64,000 nucleotides of DNA from Lytechinus pictus. Taxonomy: Eukaryota. The stretch's first letter is position 1. Each line of letters opens with the position of its first letter. Position numbers and translations under genes: made by a program. The notes under the pieces are model-generated. The model did no database searches, was not told the DNA's origin, and was given only the letters and a program-made list of their open reading frames with translations. The DNA lies in assembly GCF_037042905.1 (NCBI RefSeq), contig NC_087260.1, positions 22,444,001-22,508,000 of the forward strand, written 5' to 3'. This document shows positions 24,201 through 37,100 of this stretch, piece by piece.

Positions 24201-27200
24201 ATTCATAATTTTGCTGCTAAGTTCGCAGGATAGTTTTTTTTTCACGAAAGCTGTATAGATTTTCACAATGGCTGCTGCGGGATCATAATTTGAAGTACAA
24301 TGGCATATTATCAGCCGTCATGGAAACTCGAAGTTATACAAAAAGATATTTTCTTCACAAAAGTTATCCAGAGCAAATTCTTTCACTTGAACATTTCCCA
24401 TTATTGTCGTCGCTTTTTCATCATTCTCTATACATTCTTACCAATCCATGCATCTGCTAATTCGGAAATGAATGTGAAATGTCGCAGTCACAAAGCTCTT
24501 AACACTGAACATGTTAAATGGCACCGCAATCGACCATGTGATGATTTTTTTTTTATACATTTCTCTCAGTCTGTCAGTTACCAGGGTAACAACTGAGTTA
24601 ACTCCAAACAAAACACTGTTCATTCTTCATTACGTCGAGATGGTGATGCATTCGTTTGAGAAATGTCAAACTGGAAGCAATTACTTGACAAGTTAGGCGT
24701 GAGGAGATTAATTATCGTTTGTCAATTACATAATATAACTGTTCTCGCAATTTGTCACGTTCATACTAGCTCAGTCGCGTCCCCACCTCCAACATAATTT
24801 TATGATTTCTTGTAAGATGTTGTTGATAATTAGTATAATGAAAGAAAAAATATAGTATTCACTAGCTGCCCTGTTTAAATTGACCTTATGCCCCTAGTCT
24901 GCTGTGCAAACTCTTCACTCGAGTCTAGGGTCTGAATGTGCAGCCTACTCATGCCTTGTGTAAGCCCTCTCGCTCAGACAGCAAGTTTTGTATGTGCTAG
25001 TCTTTGCGCGGAGACACACTTGTTGATCAAAGTTTCAATCAGGGTCTATGACTGCAGACTCACATTGCCCTTGGTGTGCTTTTGGGGTGAGGATAGGGGT
25101 TACAGCCCATTTAAAGAAAATGAACAGAAATGTACGATTTATTAGAACGTTCTATCGAAATTTTCTACACCTTTCTACACTAATTTCAATCTGGTACTTT
25201 GCCATATTTCACTTTTAATACTCCCCAAACCTATTACATAATTAAAATTTTATTTGAAAATATTAACCTTTTTTGCTCTCTCACTCTAATCTTTGCGTCA
25301 TTACGCTGTGCGAGGAAGAAGAAATAGAAGAAGAAGAGGCCTATGATGACAACGAAATGAAAAATATGTGAAATTGCAAACATGTCATATTCTTTGAAAG
25401 ATTATCGAATCATTATCATCTTATTAAAGGTCAAGTCCACCCCAGAAAACAGTTGGTTTAAATAAATAGAGAAAAATAAAACATGAACAACGCTGAAAAT
25501 TTCATCACAACCGGGTGTAAAATAAGAAAATTATGACATATTAAAGTTTCCCTTATTTTAACAAAACAGTTCTATGCTCAACTCAGTGATATGCAAATGA
25601 GAGAGTCGATGATGTCACTCATTCACAATTTCTTTTGTTTTTTATTGTTTGAATTATACAATATTTCAATTTTAATGAATTAGAAAATTAGGACCTCCTT
25701 GCCTGAACCACAAAATGTTGAAATAATGGAATTCCACGTGTTCAGGGAGAAATGAATTTTCATTTGACATGACAATGACAATGACGAGAAAATCAAAATA
25801 TTTCATATAATACAAAAGAAATAGTGAGTGGCCGTCATCGGTCCCCTCATTTGCATACCGACCAGGATGTGCATATAACTGTTTTGTGAAATTAAGCGAA
25901 ACTTTAAATATCATAACTTCCTTATTTTACATTCGATTTTGATGAAATTTTCAGTGTTATGCTTGTTTAAATTTTCTCTTTCTATTCAAATCAGCTTTTT
26001 GTTGGGGGTGGACTTGTCCTTTAAGATTAATGAAAACATAATCGAGCAGCTAATGCACAGTCACAGTCAAATTCCTACCGATAACCGACCGATGGCATGT
26101 CAATGGTAATAACGTAATAACTTTGATCGGACTGGAGTCGGTTTCATTGGTGTGACTGTAACCGAAACCGATTCCAAACCGACCGATGGCATGTCTTTGG
26201 TAATAACATAATACATTTGATCGGTTTGGAGTCGGTTTCGTTGGTGTGACTGTAACCGACACCGATTCCAAACCGTCCGATGATATGTCATTGGTAATAA
26301 CATAATAGATTTGATCGGTTTGGAGTCGGTTTCGTTGGTGTGACTGTAACCGACACCGATTCCAAACCGACCGATGGCATGTCATTGGTAATAACGTAAT
26401 AGCTTTGATCGGTATGGAGTCGGTTTCGTCGATGTGACTGAATCATTACATATGAAGATATACTGCATGATGATATATACCTTTCTACCAAACTAAAGGA
26501 GGGAAACAAATAAATAAAAGGAAAGACAATATTGTGGGAGCCTTGTTATTTAGCGCAAGCTTGCGGAAATTCAAACAGGTGGTTTCCCCATAGAGAGGTG
26601 ATGGGTGCACGTCAGATTTGAATACACGTTTACTTCAGTCTAGTGACGCTATAGAGTGTTCCTCTTCTGGCAAGGGGCGGGGCAGGGATACTTTGATAGG
26701 GGTAAAATTACAGTAAGCTTGATTGATTTGTTGAAATATCATGATGAAATAATCTCTGACGTAGGCCTATAAATGGGAGGGGGGGGGGGGGCGCTTGGGG
26801 GAATTGACTCCCCAAAGTCCATAGAAAGAAAAGGGAAAGGAAAAGGGTGAAACATGATACAATTGTCTGAAAACTGCGTCAAAATCTTTAACAAATTATT
26901 TAAAAAAAGTAAAACATTTATTTGCTCGTTTCGCTCGTTCGTGACTTATTCGAAGATAGAAGAATGTTTTATGTTCGGCCCCTAAAAGTTTTGGGCTCTA
27001 TACGCCATTATGAATATTGATAGTTAATCTTCTAATGTCTGTCAGATATGATACTCATTGCGCTCTAATCACCAACGGTTTTGACATAGCTGACAAAAGT
27101 CGATTAATTATTTCAAGGAACTCCTGCCAAGTACAATTTTTCCTAACCTGGGTCGGGTGTGGCAAAAATACTATGATTGCAGAAGTGTGATTTGCACCAT

Positions 27201-30200
27201 GATCTACATTGTATGTCATTTCATGTACTGAAATTGAAAAAAAAATACATAAACCTTGTGATTAGTAATCTGGAGATATAGACCAAGAACCTCTAACATG
27301 TCTAAGTAGTCTGGAGATATCTTCGACATTATAGACCAAGTACCTCTAGTAATATATGTTTTAGTTCCATCCCACTTTTTCTTGGATTTTCTTGCTATGA
27401 TCTTATTAAAAGATATCACTTTGAAATTGAGAAGGGGGCTGTCTTAGCCAGCCCCCCCCCCCCCCGCTACACCACCCATGCAGTCAAAACGGGAAGTCCA
27501 TCCGACGTCAGGTTTATTCTTTACGTAGGAAATTAAGGTGTGTGGGTCTGACGAAAACAAATAAAAGAATATTGAATTACGATTTTTTACAGATTTCATG
27601 TGACGGTATATACATAATGCGCGATGGGCTTCCCCGTATATAGATTCCATAAACTTGCACTATGGGTCACGTAGACTGACAATAGTTTATCATATTGCAT
27701 CAGCTATGAATCAATGTTACTGTTAATAGTGGTGTAATGAGCCCCCCCCCAAAAAAAAAAAAAATAGGGGGGGCTAGATATAGCGTATAGCATGATATTT
27801 ATACAGATGTCGGTCGCTCGCTCGCAAAACTTTCGACATTTTTATTACAAAAATCAAACTTTGTGATAGATTTTGACATAGTATTCAGAAAATAGTTTCA
27901 CCCTTCTCTCTTTCCCATTCTTTTATAGAAGGGGGAGGGCAAGAAAACAGGCAGGTAAAAACAATATTTTTTCTTAAACCCCTTTGCTATAAGATGTCCA
28001 TGCAGGTGATTACATGATTTTTGTCTCGTCCACGACTCAGATTTCTCTGTTTTATATTCTTCTTTCTTGCCCCCGTTCCCTCTGTGGCGCCGCCACTGAA
28101 CATACTTGATAATACCTTGTAACCTTGATAATACTGAACTCAATCGCTTGTATTAGAATTAAAGAGGAAATGAAACCTGATAAGAAGAAGTAGAATGAGA
28201 ATTATAACAGGCCGGTAAAAGTTTAAGCCCGACCATCGCGGCGACAGGGTATTTTAATTGCGGCGGGGGACCTATGATGCGACGTCATTTTCTTTGTCAA
28301 TATTTTGAAAGTTTTTTCATCTTAAAAATGAGAGAAACAAATTCATGGCAGTGGCAGCGCAAAAAAAAAAAGATTTTCACTCATATTCGACCAACTCCCA
28401 GGCCAGCCCTTCGATCCCCCAACTTGTACGGTGGCGCCTCCCACCGGCCCATCAACGTTTAAAAATCACCTTATAGACTATTTTGAATGATCCAACATTA
28501 TTATTTTTTCGTTGATCTTAGAAATAACAAAAGGATTTTGCCTTGCAATGACAACACTAAAAAGGATTTTCTTAATTCACCATCTCCCCCCCCCCCCCGT
28601 GCTTCATCTCATTTTCCTTTATAATCCACCTTAAACGATTAATTCTCTGGGTTTTTTTTAAATGCCTTAACATCATCCACAGTCATAAGGTCGAAGCTGA
28701 TTTTCCGCTCTGCCTTTAGAAGAAGAGATTCTTTCTTTCCACATAATAATTGGTAATTAGCTTCAACGAGAATCGGTCTCCATGGTTATACTCTTTTAGA
28801 GAAATATCGTGACCTCTGTCATATTTATCAAAAAATAATTAGCCCTTTCCAGCCCTATATCTCTATACATAAAAGATCTTTATAGTCTTGTAATAAGCGT
28901 GAATACGCTGCAAAAAGCTGCAAATCATGATGTATAAATCATTGGCCTCTAGCTAATTTCATGATTTTTTTTTGCAGTTTGGAAGAAAAAAAGTCAAGGT
29001 GGAATTAATAATGATATTCATGAAATTGTTTTCATGATTTTCCTTCAGAAATCAAACATGATGACCTTTTTAACTCTATATGCACAAAGAACGCCACACG
29101 AGGACACATCGAACGAATCAAAAGGATAAAGGGACTACCCTGACTGAGAAAAATTATTAGTAAGACAGTTCGGAGACTAATGAGATGAAGTAATTGTTTT
29201 TCACGTTACATTGTGAAGATAATGATGATGATAATTATGCTGCTGCTGATGATTATGATGATGGAGTTGGTGGTAGTGATGNNNNNNNNNNNNNNNNNNN
29301 NNNNNNNNNNNNNNNNNNNNNNNNNNNNNNNNNNNNNNNNNNNNNNNNNNNNNNNNNNNNNNNNNNNNNNNNNNNNNNNNNNNNNNNNNNNNNNNNNNNN
29401 NNNNNNNNNNNNNNNNNNNNNNNNNNNNNNNNNNNNNNNNNNNNNATANNNNNNNNNNNNNNNNNNNNNNNNNNNNNNNNNNNNNNNNNNNNNNNNNNNN
29501 NNNNNNNNNNNNNNNNNNNNNNNNNNNNNNNNNNNNNNNNNNNNNNNNNNNNNNNNNNNNNNNNNNNNNNNNNNNNNNNNNNNNNNNNNNNNNNNNNNNN
29601 NNNNNNNNNNNNNNNNNNNNNNNNNNNNTGATGAAGGTGACGAAGCTTATATAGAAGATTATGAATATGATTAAGCCAAATGATGACGACGATGCCGATG
29701 AATTCCAAGGATTCAAAATAAATCCAGATGGGCTGTAAATAGTGACCAGCTGAAATTTAAATCTATTGAAAATCTTTAGCATAAACTTTGAAATCTCAAA
29801 AGATTTAAATTCAAATCTTTTAGATTTATATTTAAATCAACAAGGTTTAAATCCAGATTTATATTCAGCTGGTCACTATTCATTTATTAATTCTAAATCC
29901 TTTGAATTTAGAGTGTAATGGCAATAACAAGGACATAGATATCTATGATAGTAATAATTATAAGGGAGAAAATAGAGAATAAGGAGAAGAAGAGAAAGGA
30001 TAGTTAGAACAATAACGACAACTACAAAAAGAAAACAAGAATGGGAGGAAAATACATAATTTGCTGCTGATAATTATGATGATAAAGCTAATGATGGAAA
30101 CTAAAGGATTAACTTTTGATCGCTCTTGGAGATTGGTTGTGTTACTTCAATATTTCCCCCATTTATTTGTGCTTTAATATAGAAATGTGCCCTATTTTCA

Positions 30201-31119
30201 TCACTCTTAAAGTCAAAGGGCGGAAAGGATTATTATGTAAGCCCCCCCCCCTTAAAAGGGCAGAGGGGTGAGAGTTTTTTTTCAAAAAAGGATTAAAAAA
30301 TACGGTACATATGTCGCTCTTCGGCCCTTATCCACCCTCTTGAGTGAAGAAATGTGGCCATGTATAATACTGAATTTAACATAAATGTGACAAAAGATAA
30401 CAGAATCCTCAAATAATTATGATAACAAACAAAATAAGAAAACATACCCATCCGCCGCGTTGTGCTATCCACCTCACTAGTTTTGTTTGAACGTATCTCG
30501 TTAGAGCCACTGTAATACTGTGTACAAAGATGCCATTCCCTTGCTGCATGCATTCAATTGATAACGACGACGACACGACAAAAAACGCGACGACCCTCGC
30601 CCATGTGATCCCCGCCTTGAACACCGCATCGCCGACGTCGAAAAGCACCTGTTCGACGATCTGCTCGGAAGAAATGGTGACGTTGAGCTGCTTGGTGATA
30701 TCCTTATAGAGGGTCGGGTACATCCGTTCGAGCTCGGATCCGACTAGGGTGAGCTCCCGACATACAGCCGAGACTCGTTGGCCACGAGCAGCTACCGAAC
30801 CTCGGACCCCGTTCTTATTGCTGCCTCCCATGTACCCCAACCGCTTGAGCTTTGAGTGGATAAACTCCTTGCAGTAGACGGCGGTCTGGTCCCACACATC
30901 ATCATCCCTTGCAACCCAAGGTAGTCCCAAACCTGTTTGAGATACCAAAAGAGAAAATACAGAACTCTCAGACAGGCGCTTCTTGAGTTTTTTGGCGATG
31001 GTCTTCTCGCTGTTGGCGCCTTCTTTGATTTCGCGGTAGCTTTGGGAATGCTGCCGCCTGAGTGGGGTTCCTTGCCTACGCGATAGGAAACGAAGGATTT
31101 CTTGAGCGTTGTCTGTCAT
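21242..31119 (-). CDS. BOK: BOK-like protein, alternative isoform from an intronic start (268 aa, 2 coding exons)
   Basis: Open frame from ATG 31119 (MTDNAQEILRFLSRRQG...) reads through the 30932 acceptor to the donor at 30448, then splices to 21376-21242. Confidence 0.7.
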
Positions 31120-34100
31120 AGCACCATTTATTCGAGATAAACGTGATCTAACGAAATTTCGACTACCGCATTAGAACCTTTCTCAACAAAACATAACAAA
31201 TTCACTCTCGTTGAAAATAATATACATCAAAACTTGTGTATATCTCGCATGCTTAACATGCTTAACCATGACAACGTAGGCGTTTCTGCACATGCATTAA
31301 ACCTCAAAATAGGTGCTTGATTATGTTTTATTAGCGACAATTCTACACGATGATCAATGAAGTCTCACATTCCAAAGTCACATCGAAACTAAATCGAATT
31401 ATGATTAAGTTAAGAACAGTCTCGCGTTAGGTGTGAAGCACAAACGAAATCTCTTCCCTATGCGTTGCTTCCGCGTTGAGGTGAATATTCGCTTGGTGGC
31501 AGAACATATATTATGTTTCGAAGGAAACGATCCTATTTTGAAAGGGAATTCTATCAGCGATTGATTTGAATTGGGCTGAAGTAGGCAAAATGAAGAGTGG
31601 CACAAAGAGTGATCAAATTATACCGACGGGGTTGCCTCTTTGAATAGATCCACCTTGCACGCATGAAAAATCTTGAATGTATCGACTTAAATCAACTGAA
31701 AAAAAAAACACCGACCGGACTTGGAGCGATATTCGAGTGAAGTCAGTCGCTTTTTTTACAGGAATGCCCTCGCGATATAATCTGAAATGCAAATTTAGTA
31801 TAGGTTTCTGGAATCTTTGATAAGCCTGGAATTAATAAGCGAACATATTCACCCATCGAGTGCAATTCAGCCTCTTCAGAAATGTTGCATTCCGATATTG
31901 ACAATACTTATTACTTCACGCTTGTATGGAACTACTCCGCCCACTTCCGTAGTCTCGGCCATCCTAACACGTTTTGCAAAAAAGTTACAAATGATCCACT
32001 TCAGGTCTTTTACCATCCCAGCCAATGGATATTTACGACAGTGAAATAAAAATATGAAAAGCCGAATATTATTGATTGTAAGCGAGAAACTATATATATT
32101 TACATATTTTTTATTATTGTGAAACTTTATATGGATTTTGGGAGGTAAATTCTACAAGTGACGTAGACTACTCGAATCCAGGTGCGTTTACATGAAGTCT
32201 TTGATGGCAACAGTCTGATTGATCTGTAATGTGAACCGTTTTTCTGATCTTGATCTTAATAAGTGACATTTTAGAACGTGTTGCCAAAGAAAGGACGTGT
32301 GAAGACATTTGCCAATATACAGGCAACAATATATTTGTCGACTCTCAATTACTGATTAAAGGGATGGTCCGGGCTGAAAATATTTATATTTTGATACATA
32401 GAGTAGAATTCACTGAGCAAAATGCCGAAAATTTCATCAAAATCGGATAACAAATAATAAAGTTATTGAAGTTTAAAGTTTAGCAATATTTTGTGAAAAC
32501 AGTCGTCATGAAAATTTATTAGGTGGGCTGATGATGTCACACCCCCACTTTCTGTTTTTTTATGTTATTGCATAAAATCATATTTTTTTCATTATTTCAT
32601 ACATGTGTGAATACTATGTCTCCCTTATAATGAAATAAGTTGCAGCAATAAATATCTATTGCACTAAATCAGTTGTCAATCCAATTTTTCTAGTTCTTGG
32701 AGGAAAAATTTGAATAAACCTAATTTCATATAATAAAATACAAAAGAACAAGTGGGGATGTGACATCATCAGCCCACCTAATGAATATTCATGACGACTG
32801 TTTTCACAAAATATTGCTAAACTTTAAAATTCAATAACATTGTTATTTGTTATCCGATTTTAATGAAATTTTCGGCATTTTGCTCAGTGAATTTTACTCT
32901 ATTTATTAGGCTATAAATCATTCCAGCCCGGACCATCCCTTCAAGGAATTTCAATGCGGTATTTGGAAAATACGGCGACTAGTCATGCAGTTATTACTAC
33001 ACACTACATTTATCTCGCTTTGTCAAACCAGAAGCACTATGTGCAAAATTGGCTGACAGAATATGTAGTAAATCACCAGGATACTGTTTGACTATCACAT
33101 GAACCACCCTTAATTCGAGTCGCAAATTTCATTTCAACTATTAAACTATAGGTTTATGTATAGTCTTGATTGTAAGAGAATAAATAAAATGTTTTGAATT
33201 TGCTTTAATATAATAATGATGATGAATATGATAATTATNNNNNNNNNNNNNNNNNNNNNNNNNNNNNNNNNNNNNNNNNNNNNNNNNNNNNNNNNNNNNN
33301 NNNNNNNNNNNNNNNNNNNNNNNNNNNNNNNNNNNNNNNNNNNNNNNNNNNNNNNNNNNNNNNNNNNNACAACAAATTGAGATGGTCTGGAATATGGAAG
33401 CAACGAACCTCGCCAACTACCTATCCAATCCACCTGATATACTGACGAGTATATCCCTCGATTATGATAAATGTCAAGCAATATACTCCATTAACAAGCA
33501 AGCATCTATCTTATTGGCACAACATCGACTGACACTACCCTACGGTGAAAAAGAGAAGGCAAGACTTAAATGCTCCTTTCACAAGAAACTTCAAGAGCAA
33601 CTTAAATCCAAGCGACTTCATGGCCACCATGAAAAACAGACGCATCGGGAGTTCGTAGACCAGAAAGACACACATCAATGGCTTAAGTCGGCGGGACTAA
33701 GAGGTGAAACTGAAGGGTTCGTCTATGCTATTCAGGACCAGGTGGTGAGGACCCGTGCCTACGAAAAATCTATCCTCAGAAGAGACACAGACGACACTTG
33801 CAGGATGTGTGGAAAAGAGACCGAAACAATCATGCATTTGGTATCAGCATGTTCGACTCTTGCTGGAACTGAGTACATCACAAGACATGACAATATTGCC
33901 AAAGTTATCCATTGGCAACTACTGAAGGATCGCGGTAAAATGACTTGTGATCACGCTTGGGAACATCAGCCACAAACGATCACCCCGATCAATAACAGCA
34001 CCATATATTGGAACTGTGGCATACTAACGGATAGAACCATCAACTGCAACAAGCCGGACATCATCGTCAGAGACAACAACGTAGTAAATATCATTGAGGT

Positions 34101-37100
34101 CTCTGTTCCCCATGATATCAACATTGCTGTAAAGGAAAGAGACAAACGGCTCAAGTATCAAGACCTAAGGATTGAGATCGAGAGGATGTGGAACGTGAAA
34201 GCAGAGGTCACACCAGTCATCATTGGTCACTCAGGAATGGTGAAGAAGGGAATGGAAGCCTGCATAACCAAGATCTCTCCTCACCTTCGGATGTACGACA
34301 TTCAGAAGGCAGCTATCTTGGGTACAACCAGATTGATAAGAAAGACTCTCGGACATTATATTAGTAGTGTAAAGTTCCTAGTTGCACTTGAAATTACTTG
34401 GTGCTTTTTGTTAGATAATAATAATAATAATGATATAACGAAAATGACAATGTCATAACGTCCATATACGCTTCCAAAGGACTTGGTTATTATTACCCTG
34501 GCTTTAGCCCCATAGCCTTTTACAGCTCGGAGGCCCCGGGCGGAGGCATATTCAAAGAATAAATTCATGCAATTAAGGTACCCTTCACCTCACCTGGGTT
34601 GAGTGCAGCACAATGTGGATGAATGTCTTGCCGAAGGAAATTACGCCATGGCTGAGATTCGAACCCACGACCCTCGGTTTCAAAGTTAGAAGACTAGGAT
34701 CAACTGGGCCATGTAACGATTGAGGAACTTTGACCTTGATCCATCGAATATATGGATTAACTTGAAATTTATTAATAATCGCTCGTAATAACAGAGAAAA
34801 TATATTATGAGAGCCTTTTAATTTATAAAATGACATTAGTTCTACCTAAAACTTGAGTCAACCTTAAATGTGTAAACTCGATTCTTAGCCTATAGTTGTA
34901 TATTTAGTGGTCTATTTTCGGATAGTCTAATACCACATTATAGGCTTAATCCAGGAATGGTCAACTATTAGTTTGGTCCCCTTGTCTCTACTTGACCTAA
35001 TACCAGCATTACGTGGCCTAATTTCCATTGGCCCGTATTCTGAAGTCGGGTTTAACTTAAACTCAGGTTTAAAGTTGTGGTTTAAGTATGGCAAGCCAAA
35101 AGTATCAAATTTTGTATTAAAGGAGAATGAAACTCTTGGAGCAAGTTAGCTTTTGTGAAAGCAGAAAAATCAAAGAATAAGATCAACAAAAGTTTGAGTA
35201 AAATAGGACTAGCAATAGAAGAGTTATGAGCATTTGAATGTCGAGATCACTAATGTTATGGAGATCCTCCCATTGGCAATGCGACCAAGATCTATGATGT
35301 CACAGATGAACAACTCTCCCCGTTTGGACGCTGAAAATATACCCCAAAACATATCTTTTTGCTCATTCTAATCATATGACAAACGATTCATCAATTATAT
35401 AATGTTGTGAAACCTCTGTACTTGTCCTCTCATAAAGGGAACACCTCACCTTGTGATAGACTCTATATAAGTGAGAATATAAGTGAAATAAGTACTAAAG
35501 TAATGAGGGAGTTGTACGTGTGTGACATCACAGATCTTGGTCGCATTGCCAATTGGAGGATCTAGATGACATTAGTGATCTCAATATTCAAATGCTCATA
35601 ACTTTCTTATTATTCATTCAATCTTCCTCAAACTTTCAACAATATGTTTCTTTGATTTTTCTCTCTTCAGCTGGTTTCAAGTGTTTCATTCTCCTTTAAG
35701 TTGTATGTTTCTTATGTTTACAGTGCTCTTTCCTGATTCATCGATGGTGAAGACAATCATCTATTTATACTTCCTACACAATTATGAATGATTTGAGAGC
35801 CAAATGAGCTGAAGTTTGATATATCTACTGTTAGTAATTATGTAACAATAATTGGCTGTCCATACTTAAACCACAACTTTAAACCGACTTCAGAATACGG
35901 GCCATTTAGTCTAATGTCCAGTTGGTTTCTACTTCGTCCATTCTTATTATTTGTTGTTTGTCAAACGAAAGTTTGGTTTAGAAACAGTTCACTTCCAGAA
36001 ACAAAATAAAAGGTTAGTTAACATGATATACCAGCTGTTGATTAAAAGGAAATTACATGACAAACGAATTGAGATTTTTTTTTCTGAACCAACACCAACC
36101 CAATATTTGGTTAACATTTCTGATAGGGTTCTTCTAACTACATGGTGGATATTAGTCGAAATGTGTATGTCTCTCTGCGTTAGACATGGTACATGGGCTA
36201 TAAATGACAACTGGACCAAAATACTTAAAGGAGATTGAAACTCTTGGAGCAAGTTAGCTTTTGTGAAAGCAGAAAAATCAAAGAATAAGATCAACAAAAG
36301 TTTGAGTAAAATAGGACTAGCAATAAAAGAGTTATGAGCATTTGAATGTCGAGATCACTAATGCTATGGAGATCCTCCCATTGGCAATGCGACCAAGATC
36401 TATGATGTCACAGATGAACAACTCTCCCCTTTTGGACACTGAAAATATACCCCAAAACATCTCTTTTTGCTCATTCTAATCATATGACAAAGGATTCATC
36501 AATGATATAATGTTGTGAAACCTCTGTACTTGTCCTCTCATAAAGAGAACACCTCACCTTGTGATAGACTCTATAAAAGTGAGAATATAAGTGAAATAAG
36601 TACTAAAGTAATGAGGGAGTTGTACGTGTGTGACATCACAGATCTTGGTAGCATTGCCAATGGGAGGATCTACATGGTATTAGTGATCTCAATATTCAAA
36701 TGCTCATAACTTTCTTATTATTCATTCAATCTTCCTCAAACTTTCAACAATATGTTTCTTTGATTTTTCTCTTTGATATGGATTCAGCTGGTTTCATGGG
36801 TTTCATTCTCCTTTAAGACGTTGTGGACAAAGAAGGATTAGACCTTGTGGGATGAGACTAATAGTAGACGAAACGGCGAATCGGCAATTTACCGATGTAT
36901 TTATCCGTTTCATGAATTAACAGCGTCTGTATAATTGAGGTCGATGCACTCTAATATTGATTCCAGATTGTTGACGTTTAAGTTTTGTGTGTGATATACG
37001 GTCATAACAGCGCACCCGACTCCAAACTGATCAAAACTATTACGTTATTGCGATTGGTACATCATCAGTTGGTTTGGAGTCTGTATCGTTGGTGTAACTG

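Noticed and set aside
26050-26509. Repetitive ORFs and a CRISPR-like palindromic array
   Set aside because: The 94-bp units repeat in full with no unique spacers; the context is eukaryotic and there are no cas genes.
29194-29782. Long ORFs across N runs (also 15156-15441, 33141-33481, 58627-58946)
   Set aside because: Assembly-gap artefacts.
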